DNA from: a virus
DNA: 42,235 nt
IMG/VR virus record: IMGVR_UViG_3300020215_000089
Span: 1 to 42,235 of that record
Strand: one strand, 5' to 3'
Shown here: positions 23,582 to 30,393 of the stretch, one piece after another
Position numbering within the stretch: position 1 is the first letter of the stretch
How the letters are laid out: each line of letters starts with the position of its first letter
Notes under the pieces: model-generated
Told to the model about the DNA's origin: nothing
Database searches by the model: none
Seen by the model: only the letters and a program-made list of their open reading frames with translations
Program-made: the position numbers and the translations under genes

Positions 23582-24111
23582 GGATAACCCTCCGGTCTCG
23601 GCACCGGCCCAATGGCGTCGGCCTTGGCCTTATACTCATCAACCATCCGCAAGTAGTCCTGCCGGCCGAGTTTCAGGATCGTCTTTGACTTGGCTCGCAG
23701 CGCCCACATCCGATCCGCGCCGAATATCTCCATGTGCCTAAAGACGTACTCGTCACGTTGGCGCATTTCGCAATAATTGCAGCTCGCGCAAGCGCCCACT
23801 ACGGCATCCTCGTCGAAGTAAATGGCGTTGCCTTTCGCCTTGGACAAAAGGTGATAGGCGCACTCGATAGGTCGGACATGGCAGATGAGGCACCGCCCCA
23901 TGTCTTTATGGGCATCCCGGCGCTTTATGAATGTGGCGAACGCATCCCAGGCCCGCTTTTTGAGCTTCGATATGCTCTCTAGCCGCTTCCTCTTGGGCTT
24001 CTTCGGCTTCTTAATGCCCAGGACGGCCCCAACTTCCGCATTGAAGACGGCGTTTTCCACCCGGCGGGACGCCCGGGCCTGGCGCTTGGCGATGGATTCG
24101 GAGATGTTCAC
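23578..24111 (-). CDS. NinG-like protein (putative recombination-associated)
   Basis: A basic N-terminus is followed by WDAFATFIKRRDAH..GRCLICH...AYHLLSKAKGNAIYFDEDAVVGACASCN, laid out like lambda NinG/DUF1364. Confidence 0.5.
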   Translation of the reverse strand: MNISESIAKRQARASRRVENAVFNAEVGAVLGIKKPKKPKRKRLESISKLKKRAWDAFATFIKRRDAHKDMGRCLICHVRPIECAYHLLSKAKGNAIYFDEDAVVGACASCNYCEMRQRDEYVFRHMEIFGADRMWALRAKSKTILKLGRQDYLRMVDEYKAKADAIGPVPRPEGYP

Positions 24112-24314
24112 CGGGACAACCTCTCCTTTTCCAGCCGCATTGCCTCGTCAATCGCCTCGCGCACAGATGGCATTGGTGCAGTTTTCCCCAAACACAAGTC
24201 GTCAGGATGGCAGGTAAGCGAGTACCCGACGACGTAGCCACCATACACGCAGTAAAGCTCGCGGGGCGCTTCGCCCATAAAATCGAGCCGCATCTTGTCC
24301 GTTATCTCGCTCAT
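24108..24314 (-). CDS. Hypothetical small protein
   Basis: 68-aa ORF. A GTGA overlap couples it to the downstream gene. Confidence 0.5.
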   Translation of the reverse strand: MSEITDKMRLDFMGEAPRELYCVYGGYVVGYSLTCHPDDLCLGKTAPMPSVREAIDEAMRLEKERLSR

Positions 24315-24390
24315 AAATTAGTGCGCGGGATTACCCGCCCGCGCTCGGGCCCGCCATTCCTTTCCCCGCCCGTCCCCGCCAACCTAGCCG

Positions 24391-24720
24391 CACCTAACCA
24401 TTCCTGCCATTGCAATCCTCTCCTATCCTCAGCGGACCCAGCCTCTCCTGACCTATCCTGCCGTTCCATAGGACGCCGTTCGTTGCCTTGCCTCTCCACG
24501 CCTGCCATACCATGCTCGTCGCACCCATCCAGACGACACCAGTCCTAACGACGCCTTACCGCTCCTGCCAATCCCCGTCGCACCTGTACTAAACGCACCT
24601 AACCTCTCCTGCCGTTCCGTGCCAAACCTTCCCGGACCAGTCCTAACCTGACCAAGCCTGCCGCACCATCCGATCCCGGCGACTCCGTGCCCCGCGCTCC
24701 CGGGCCCAACCACACCTGCC
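24391..24720. repeat. Iteron-like array (candidate replication origin or protein-binding array)
   Basis: CCTGCC occurs seven times, at 24403, 24457, 24501, 24564, 24608, 24657 and 24715. The extended minus-strand consensus is GGCAGG-N3-GGTNAGG. The plus strand is strongly C-rich and G-poor here, and no credible CDS is present. Confidence 0.55.
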
Positions 24721-25161
24721 TTACGCCACAGCCTCAACCTGGCGACTCTTCCGAACTCGCTTTGCCGCCGCAAACACTTCCGCCAGCTCTTTAATCGCCC
24801 GATACTTCTTCTCGAATCGCTCAAGATCCTCAAGCGCATCGTTAAGGAGAACGCGCCGCATCCCGGCATCATCGAGGACCTCGGTTAAGACTCGATAGCC
24901 GCCGCCGTCCGCTTTGTCGGAGCTTAGAGCCACAAACATGCGGGATTCCTTTTCGCCATTACCCACCTTCACGACGTTCACAAAGACGCGGATTAAATGC
25001 CGCGCCTGCTCTAGTCGCCACGCATGGGCGGCCGAGGAGTCGTCCCAGTTGAACTTGGGATGCAGCGGAGAACTCGGAGACTTGGCCTCCTTAACAACAT
25101 CCTCCGGGCGAAGAATCCCGCCGTTCTGTAGGCGGATACGCTCCAGCTCTTCACGAATCAC
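24721..25161 (-). CDS. Hypothetical conserved phage protein
   Basis: 146-aa ORF with ILRPEDVVKEAKSPSSPLHPKFNWDDSSAAHAWRLEQARHLI. I have seen this motif type in phage proteins but cannot name the family. Confidence 0.55.
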   Translation of the reverse strand: MIREELERIRLQNGGILRPEDVVKEAKSPSSPLHPKFNWDDSSAAHAWRLEQARHLIRVFVNVVKVGNGEKESRMFVALSSDKADGGGYRVLTEVLDDAGMRRVLLNDALEDLERFEKKYRAIKELAEVFAAAKRVRKSRQVEAVA

Positions 25162-25850
25162 TGCTTGCCCTCAACCGTGAACGTCCCCCAGCCGCAGCCG
25201 ACGGAATTTTTAGAGTCGGGGCGACCCTCCGCAATCCCGACCTGCAACCCGGCCCGCATCAAGAGGTTGCTAATGTCGGTCGTGGTGAGCATGTCGGCGT
25301 CGAAACGAATCCGCAGGAAAGCGTGCCACGACTCCCACATGGGCCGAACCCGAACGTCAACGCTGCCGTTATCATTCCTGGCGTAGCCCTCATGACGGCG
25401 GGGCGTCCCATAGATGCGTATAAGCGGCGTCCCGTCCTCTTTTTCGACCCCATCAGCCTCGATGAAGATGGCCAGCTTGGCGCGAGTCATAACGTAGCCG
25501 GCGATTTTGCAGGCCGACACCAGGGCCGCACGAAACGCCCCCGCAGGCACGCCGTCCCAACCCTCGGTGGAGATGTGCCGTGCCTCCTGATAGACCGCGT
25601 CAAAGTCCTTGGCCACGCGCTCCTTTTTGCTCTTGGCGCTCTTTCCCTGCGCCTGGGTCGCCATAATCTGCTGGCGGGCCTTCGTAGAGAACTTATGGAT
25701 GACGAGAGGCGCGTTTCCTACGATCTTGAACTTTGCCACCTGGAAATTAGGGGCCTTGATGGTCACCATTACCCCAGATTCCTGAGCCTTCCCCGGCACC
25801 GCCACAAACGACTTGCGATCCAAGACTGCCGCGCCATTTTCTTTTGACAT
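25158..25850 (-). CDS. Hypothetical protein
   Basis: 230-aa ORF with an ATGA-type overlap. No motif recognised. Confidence 0.6.
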   Translation of the reverse strand: MSKENGAAVLDRKSFVAVPGKAQESGVMVTIKAPNFQVAKFKIVGNAPLVIHKFSTKARQQIMATQAQGKSAKSKKERVAKDFDAVYQEARHISTEGWDGVPAGAFRAALVSACKIAGYVMTRAKLAIFIEADGVEKEDGTPLIRIYGTPRRHEGYARNDNGSVDVRVRPMWESWHAFLRIRFDADMLTTTDISNLLMRAGLQVGIAEGRPDSKNSVGCGWGTFTVEGKQ

Positions 25851-25865
25851 TCGATTCCTTCCCCC

Positions 25866-26300
25866 TTATTTTTTTGCCGACTCAAAACACCGCATACACC
25901 AGGCGCTTAATGCGCCATTCGGATACTTCACGATCTTCAAATTAGCCGTCCCTTCCCCGCATTTCCGGCAATGCGCCCCGCACGTCGAACAGACCCGGGC
26001 ATTTCCTTGAAGCCTGTACGTCCTGCACAGCGGGCAGAGATTCCCCTCGTCTTTCCCTTTGTCGCCATTAACCCGCTCCCAATACCTGACACAAGCCCGC
26101 CAGTCCTGAACCTTCGTCTTTCCCCTAACCCAGCCGTTGGCCGTGTAGTGGTCAACGAATCTGGCGGCATCAATCCCATTCCTGCGTTCCTCACAGTACG
26201 CCCTAACCTCGTCAACTGACGGCGGTACGAACCGCTTGCTCTGCTGCGGAGTCGGGTAGAACCGACACCCGCAGTCCGGGCACTCTGTCAGTCCGGTCAT
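25866..26300 (-). CDS. Cys-rich protein, possibly replication-associated
   Basis: 144 aa. Zinc-ribbon-like CPDCGC and CSTCGAHCRKC clusters flank PPSVDEVRAYCEERRNGIDAARFVDHYTANGWVRGKTKVQDWRACVRYWE, a motif type seen in phage replication-organiser proteins. Confidence 0.4.
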   Translation of the reverse strand: MTGLTECPDCGCRFYPTPQQSKRFVPPSVDEVRAYCEERRNGIDAARFVDHYTANGWVRGKTKVQDWRACVRYWERVNGDKGKDEGNLCPLCRTYRLQGNARVCSTCGAHCRKCGEGTANLKIVKYPNGALSAWCMRCFESAKK

Positions 26301-26669
26301 TGGTGTAACGTCCTCCTGATGTCAAAAGAGCGACTTTCCGGTAGAGGTGAGTGCATTTTTCACCCATACCGAACGCTACTGGACGCCGAGAACGCCTGTT
26401 TACGCTTGCGCGTTGCTGCCGGACTAAGCCTGAACCGTGGTCTGTTCGCTCACGGTTTGATCTTTTCTCCGGGTTTTTATCGTCGAGGCAGCTTGGGTAT
26501 TCTCATCTACCCATTCCCGATTTACTCTCACCCCTACCCTCCCGGGCGCAGTCGCCGCGTTGCCGGGCTCGAAATTGTGCCTAGCCCCAGCCGGCGGGGG
26601 GCAGGACTTTACGCCATATACCTGGCGCTGGTCGAAGCCGACATCTGCGAGCCATTGGCTCAAACAGTA

Positions 26670-26766
26670 GTCCGCGCCAGGAGTCGAACCCGGCTTCTTC
26701 CCGGTATGGCCCCCGTCTCCGCGACGGACCTCTAGCCGGGATGCTCTAACCGATGAGCTAACGGAC
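26670..26766 (-). tRNA. tRNA-like gene with ~26-nt insertion in the anticodon loop; specificity undetermined
   Basis: Minus strand shows GTCCGTT, TAGCTCATCGGTTAGAGCA (canonical D-arm), TCCCGG, a 31-nt insert containing a CCGTC-GCGGA-GACGG hairpin, CCGGGA, AGAAG, CCGGG-TTCGACT-CCTGG (canonical T-arm), and CGCGGAC. The acceptor stem has one mismatch. Confidence 0.45.
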
Positions 26767-26773
26767 GGGGTCA

Positions 26774-27052
26774 TTACGGAGCCAGCCGATACCCGAATCC
26801 GTTTACCGTCTCAATGACCGGAACGCGCAGCTTGCGGCGAATCCGGGAGACGTGCTGGGCAATAGTCCGCGAGTCGGGAGACGCGGGATCGTCGCCATAA
26901 ACCTCTGTATTGATCGCGGCCAGGGAGGCGATGCCGTCGTAGCTGGCGATGACCCGCAAAACGTCGAACTCCTTGCGACCCAAGTGAACGCGCTTACCCT
27001 TAACGAACACTTCCCTCCGCTTCTCGTTGATGGTCAGGACCGGCTTTTTCAT
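26774..27052 (-). CDS. Winged-helix DNA-binding protein (OmpR/PhoB C-terminal type, stand-alone)
   Basis: VHLGRKEFDVLRVIAS...RTIAQHVSRIRRKLRVPVIETVNGFGYRLAP matches the Trans_reg_C pattern. Confidence 0.75.
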   Translation of the reverse strand: MKKPVLTINEKRREVFVKGKRVHLGRKEFDVLRVIASYDGIASLAAINTEVYGDDPASPDSRTIAQHVSRIRRKLRVPVIETVNGFGYRLAP

Positions 27053-27146
27053 GGTGTCTCTCCTGTTGTTTTGCGGAAACGAAACACTCTTGTCACAGTT
27101 TTGTTAACAACCCGGCCGATAAAAAAAGACGTCGCGACGAGTACGA

Positions 27147-27383
27147 CTAGAACGATTCGGCGTACCGCTTGAGCGAGTCCAGAGAGTAGGGGTGGCGGCC
27201 GCGCGGCATCTGCTTTAGAGCGATTCCCTTGGCGCGATAGCGGCACGCCCTAACACTCAGGGCGCTCGGGTCCGCCTTGAACTTGCGGGCAACGTCTGAC
27301 ACCGTGGCCGACGTCTGCCACGTCTTAATGAACTCGCGCGGGTCAATCTCGATTTTTTTCACTTTACCTGCTCCTGTTGGCAT
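27147..27383 (-). CDS. Small HTH-like protein
   Basis: 78-aa ORF with TWQTSATVSDVARKFKADPSALSVRACRYR. Confidence 0.45.
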   Translation of the reverse strand: MPTGAGKVKKIEIDPREFIKTWQTSATVSDVARKFKADPSALSVRACRYRAKGIALKQMPRGRHPYSLDSLKRYAESF

Positions 27384-27735
27384 TCATGTTTCCGTAAATG
27401 CGGTTTTTGATGCTTTGGTGAGTCACAGACAGTCCGTCCCAAAGACGTCTAAGGTGGCGCGTCTCGGCCTTAACCACCTTCTTTCGCTCGTCAGCCGTAA
27501 GATCCTCGTGCTTCTCACGGGCGACAAAGACGGCCTGGGCCTCGGCCTGGGATAGGTAGCTCTCACAGTCAGCCAGGAGACGGCCGGCGTCGTCTGCCGA
27601 CTGGATAGCCGCGTCAAGGTCCTGGTGCCGCCCCTCGGGGCTGTCAGGAAGTGGCGAGCGGGCGTAAGCCTCAAGCTCTGCCCGGCGCTCAGCCGTGGAC
27701 TCAAGCCATTGCTCTAAGGTCAGCTCGCCGGTCAT
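27364..27735 (-). CDS. Hypothetical protein
   Basis: Trimmed to the ATG at 27735 (MTGELTLEQWL...), which forms an ATGA overlap. Confidence 0.55.
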   Translation of the reverse strand: MTGELTLEQWLESTAERRAELEAYARSPLPDSPEGRHQDLDAAIQSADDAGRLLADCESYLSQAEAQAVFVAREKHEDLTADERKKVVKAETRHLRRLWDGLSVTHQSIKNRIYGNMNANRSR

Positions 27736-27848
27736 TTCTTGGTCGCCTCGATCATGAGCCCGCAGCAAAACGTCATGGCCCCGACAGGACGACGGATTAA
27801 CCGTCGGCACCCGAGGCAGCACAACTCCTCCTCTTGCGGCCGAATCAT
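27732..27848 (-). CDS. 38-aa Cys-rich micro-ORF
   Basis: MIRPQEEELCCLGCRRLIRRPVGAMTFCCGLMIEATKK*, with an ATGA overlap at both ends. Confidence 0.35.
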   Translation of the reverse strand: MIRPQEEELCCLGCRRLIRRPVGAMTFCCGLMIEATKK

Positions 27849-27988
27849 CGGACAACTGGAGCCCCCGCCCACAACCACGGGACGATAGTTCCAATAAGGA
27901 AAGTCGCGGACGCCAGGACAAACCACCAAGACCAAACGCTTGTCGCCCGCTCGATGGCCTTTTCTAAGGCTTCCCCGGCTGTGTTCAT
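27845..27988 (-). CDS. 47-aa transmembrane micro-ORF (not in track)
   Basis: Hand translation gives MNTAGEALEKAIERATSVWSWWFVLASATFLIGTIVPWLWAGAPVVR*. Confidence 0.4.
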   Translation of the reverse strand: MNTAGEALEKAIERATSVWSWWFVLASATFLIGTIVPWLWAGAPVVR

Positions 27989-28140
27989 GGCTTGGCTCCC
28001 AGGCTTTCAAGTTTGTAGTGCGCGTCCCGCAGCTCGCCTTGGAGCTGGCGCACGGCCTCGGCCAGCATCTTGGCCACGACTCCCTGACTGGTCCGCTCGG
28101 CCAACTCTAGGCAGGCTTCAATGTCTTGCTCTTTAATCAA
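27985..28140 (-). CDS. 51-aa coiled-coil micro-ORF (not in track)
   Basis: The TTG overlaps the upstream TGA and GGAGGA lies upstream. The sequence is (M)IKEQDIEACLELAERTSQGVVAKMLAEAVRQLQGELRDAHYKLESLGAKP*. Confidence 0.4.
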   Translation of the reverse strand: MIKEQDIEACLELAERTSQGVVAKMLAEAVRQLQGELRDAHYKLESLGAKP

Positions 28141-28412
28141 GCGTCCTCCTCGGACTGGTCAAACGGCCCCTTAAACCTCATGGCCTGGAAGATGGCCGCG
28201 TTTACTTGATGCTCGGTTTTGTCCGTCACACGGAAAGAGGCAAACACACCATCAGGCCCAACGATGGTTAGGAGGCACCCACCAGGCTCATTAGTGACGA
28301 TGAGGCGGCTTCCGTACACCTTGGCGTCCTGGATAGTCCAAGAGGGCTCGCCCGGATTGTTGCCAACCAGGTCTCTTTCGACCCCGTCACCGCACTTGAA
28401 ACTGTTTTTCAT
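28137..28412 (-). CDS. Hypothetical protein
   Basis: 91-aa ORF. Confidence 0.55.
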   Translation of the reverse strand: MKNSFKCGDGVERDLVGNNPGEPSWTIQDAKVYGSRLIVTNEPGGCLLTIVGPDGVFASFRVTDKTEHQVNAAIFQAMRFKGPFDQSEEDA

Positions 28413-28467
28413 GGTTTAAGCCTGGTGGGTTTCCCCTACGCCGCCAGGCGCGGCGAGTCGATTCCGA

Positions 28468-29232
28468 CTAGAACGGGACAGATTCCAGGTCCTCCACGGG
28501 CGGCTCGACCTCTTCCGTCGTCTTGACCGGCGCGTCCTCGACGATCTTGCCGATGTTCTTGAAGCGCCCGTCCTTGCTCGGGCTCCAGGTCAACTTGACG
28601 TACTTGCCCTCGGCCTTAGCCTTGCCCAGGATCACTTGGTGGGCCTCGTCAAAAGAGGACGCGAAAGACCCATCCGGCAGCTTAACGGAGATGCACAGTC
28701 CACCCTTAGACGTCGGCTTGGCCGTCACGATGGACGGGATGAAGCGGACAACCTGCGGATCGGAGCCAGAAATGGCCCCATTGAACACCTTAGCCGCCGT
28801 CTGCATGGTCTGAGACCTCGGGGCTTCATGGTGGGTAGCCGCGTTTGCGTCGTCGTCCTCGGTCGACAGCCCAAGGATTGCCGCGATGGCATAGCGCCGC
28901 GAGTAGGTGACGCTGGAGGCCACCTTCTGAGGGTTTGACGTGTCCTCAATCAGCGGATAGTCGAAGCTCTCCGAGTGTCCCCCAACGTGGTAGAGCGTCG
29001 TCCGCAGGTAGTTCTTTCCGTTGAGCTGGACGCCCCCCTGGAGGATGGCAAAGCCATTCTCCGTCAGGATTCCCCGCACCGACTCCCACACCGCGCCCAG
29101 GGTCGCGTACTTGCTCCCGAAGTGCGGATTAGAGGCGTCTTTCTTCACGGGCTCCAGGACGCCCTGGACCTTATTGAACGCCTTGAGAAACGCGATCTTC
29201 GGATCGTCTGACGTCTCGGTTTTCGTCGCCAT
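28468..29232 (-). CDS. erf: ERF-family single-strand annealing recombinase
   Basis: NPHFGSKYATLGAVWESVRGILTENGF...SSVTYSRRYAIAAILGLSTEDDDANAA matches the ERF signature. The C-terminus ends in EDLESVPF. Confidence 0.85.
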   Translation of the reverse strand: MATKTETSDDPKIAFLKAFNKVQGVLEPVKKDASNPHFGSKYATLGAVWESVRGILTENGFAILQGGVQLNGKNYLRTTLYHVGGHSESFDYPLIEDTSNPQKVASSVTYSRRYAIAAILGLSTEDDDANAATHHEAPRSQTMQTAAKVFNGAISGSDPQVVRFIPSIVTAKPTSKGGLCISVKLPDGSFASSFDEAHQVILGKAKAEGKYVKLTWSPSKDGRFKNIGKIVEDAPVKTTEEVEPPVEDLESVPF

Positions 29233-29240
29233 AGCTCCCC

Positions 29241-29453
29241 CTATCTGTCGTTAATTGCGTCCCAAATCGCCTCAGCCTCGGCCATTCTGTCGGCCGCGTC
29301 CAACTCGGAACACACGCAAAGCGTCGTGATTCGCTCGCTATCGAACATCGGGCACATGCGGTTGTGTTCCGACTCGACCGGCTCCAAGAGACGGTCCAGG
29401 CAGTCCCGAATCACTTGGGCGTTACGGTCTGCAATAGCTGATGGGCCTGGCAT
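29241..29453 (-). CDS. Hypothetical small protein
   Basis: 70-aa ORF. Confidence 0.5.
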   Translation of the reverse strand: MPGPSAIADRNAQVIRDCLDRLLEPVESEHNRMCPMFDSERITTLCVCSELDAADRMAEAEAIWDAINDR

Positions 29454-29641
29454 AGCTTGGACTCCCCCTTCTCAGGAATGACGCACCCACACTTAAAGGG
29501 CGCGTTTGAATCGGTAAGCTCAAAGGAAAGGAACTGAGGTTGAGCCGCCGCCTGGGCAATCGTATAGAGGGCTGACACCAGGTCGTAATTGCCCGACAGC
29601 TCCCGGCCATCGGTTAGACGAACGGTCACGCGATAGCTCAT
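29411..29641 (-). CDS. Hypothetical small protein
   Basis: Trimmed to the ATG at 29641 (MSYRVTVRLTDGREL...), which forms an ATGA overlap. Confidence 0.5.
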   Translation of the reverse strand: MSYRVTVRLTDGRELSGNYDLVSALYTIAQAAAQPQFLSFELTDSNAPFKCGCVIPEKGESKLCQAHQLLQTVTPK

Positions 29642-29814
29642 TTGCCCTCCGTAAGCGCCCGGCGCAGCTCTTCGGCCGTCCAAAACGTCTGCTTCACAGC
29701 GCCTTTCTTCTTCCCTGTCCGCAGGGCCAAGCGCCTAACCGTCTCGGGATGCCAGCCCGTCATCTTGACGACGTCAGAGGCCGAATAGAGGCCATTTGGG
29801 TCTAGGCGGATCAT
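29638..29814 (-). CDS. 58-aa HTH protein (AlpA/excisionase-like; not in track)
   Basis: Hand translation gives MIRLDPNGLYSASDVVKMTGWHPETVRRLALRTGKKKGAVKQTFWTAEELRRALTEGK*. Confidence 0.5.
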   Translation of the reverse strand: MIRLDPNGLYSASDVVKMTGWHPETVRRLALRTGKKKGAVKQTFWTAEELRRALTEGK

Positions 29815-29849
29815 ATTCTTGTCACCTTAGTGCTAAAATAAGGACGCAC

Positions 29850-30149
29850 ATGGGGCCGGAGCCACCTGTTAAGGTTGGTTTCCCCATGTGCGTCGATTCT
29901 GTTTCCAAGGCTCCGGTAAGCCATTGTCAAACTCTCTTATTGCGACCTATGTCCGATACGACTAACCCTCTAAAACCCGTTTTTTCCGACGCCTCCGAAG
30001 TAACGCTAAGCTCGGAGGGCTTTTTCGTTCTCGACTTCTCCTACTCAGCCGTGCCGCCGATTCCCGTCTCGCGGATCGTCATGCCACGCCGGGAGGCGGT
30101 CGAACTGGCCCGCAAAATATTCCACTTGCCCGAACGGACGTCCCTTTGA
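29850..30149 (+). CDS. DUF3467-like protein (plus strand, embedded antisense)
   Basis: ORF 29796..30149 trimmed to the ATG at 29850 (AGGA, then 5 nt). EVTLSSEGFFVLDFSYSAVPPIPVSRIVMPRREAVELARKIFHL resembles DUF3467 proteins (from memory). Confidence 0.4.
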   Translation: MGPEPPVKVGFPMCVDSVSKAPVSHCQTLLLRPMSDTTNPLKPVFSDASEVTLSSEGFFVLDFSYSAVPPIPVSRIVMPRREAVELARKIFHLPERTSL

Positions 30150-30247
30150 TACTCAGTCACGTTCCCGGCGTTGTCGATCTTCGCCATTCGCGGCGCGGGA
30201 AACTGCTCCGTCATCAGCCGCTTGAACTTCTCGTAAGTGATCGTCAC
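30041..30247 (-). CDS. First ORF of the early leftward operon (hypothetical)
   Basis: GTG start after AAGGAG, about 100 nt downstream of the leftward promoter. The C-terminal third overlaps the convergent plus-strand ORF and looks less protein-like. Confidence 0.35.
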   Translation of the reverse strand: MTITYEKFKRLMTEQFPAPRMAKIDNAGNVTEYQRDVRSGKWNILRASSTASRRGMTIRETGIGGTAE

Positions 30248-30342
30248 GGTGGCTCCTTTGCTCCGTTTTTGTCACAACTTTGCTACGTCGTTCCGTCTGC
30301 GTCTCGGGCTATGATGTCTGGCCCGAATGCCCAACGACTGCA

Positions 30343-30375
30343 TTTGTATACAAACGATAGCACTTGTATGCAAAC
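30343..30375. promoter_or_regulatory. Two operator-like sites
   Basis: TTTGTATACAAA (perfect 12-bp palindrome, 30343-30354) and CTTGTATGCAAAC (30363-30375) have centres about 20 bp apart. Confidence 0.55.
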
Positions 30376-30382
30376 GTGTCAA
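30354..30382 (-). promoter_or_regulatory. Early leftward promoter
   Basis: Minus strand has TTGACA, a 17-nt spacer and TATCGT. One operator lies in the spacer and the other just downstream of the -10. Confidence 0.55.
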
Positions 30383-30393
30383 GTGCTTTTTTG

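Noticed and set aside
24391-24720. Possible CRISPR array.
   Set aside because: The repeats are short (6-19 bp), degenerate and irregularly spaced (44-63 bp). There are no unique spacers of constant length and no cas genes.
24311-24872. Minus-strand ORFs 24311..24508 and 24453..24872 (Gly/Arg-rich) across the repeat region.
   Set aside because: They stay open only because the extreme strand skew removes stop codons. Several frames are open at once, and the sequence is a degenerate repeat array.
26320-26325. A third minus-strand TTGACA box upstream of gene 25866..26300.
   Set aside because: No acceptable -10 hexamer lies 16-18 nt downstream (CCAATG or CAATGA), unlike the promoters at 22453-22481 and 30354-30382.
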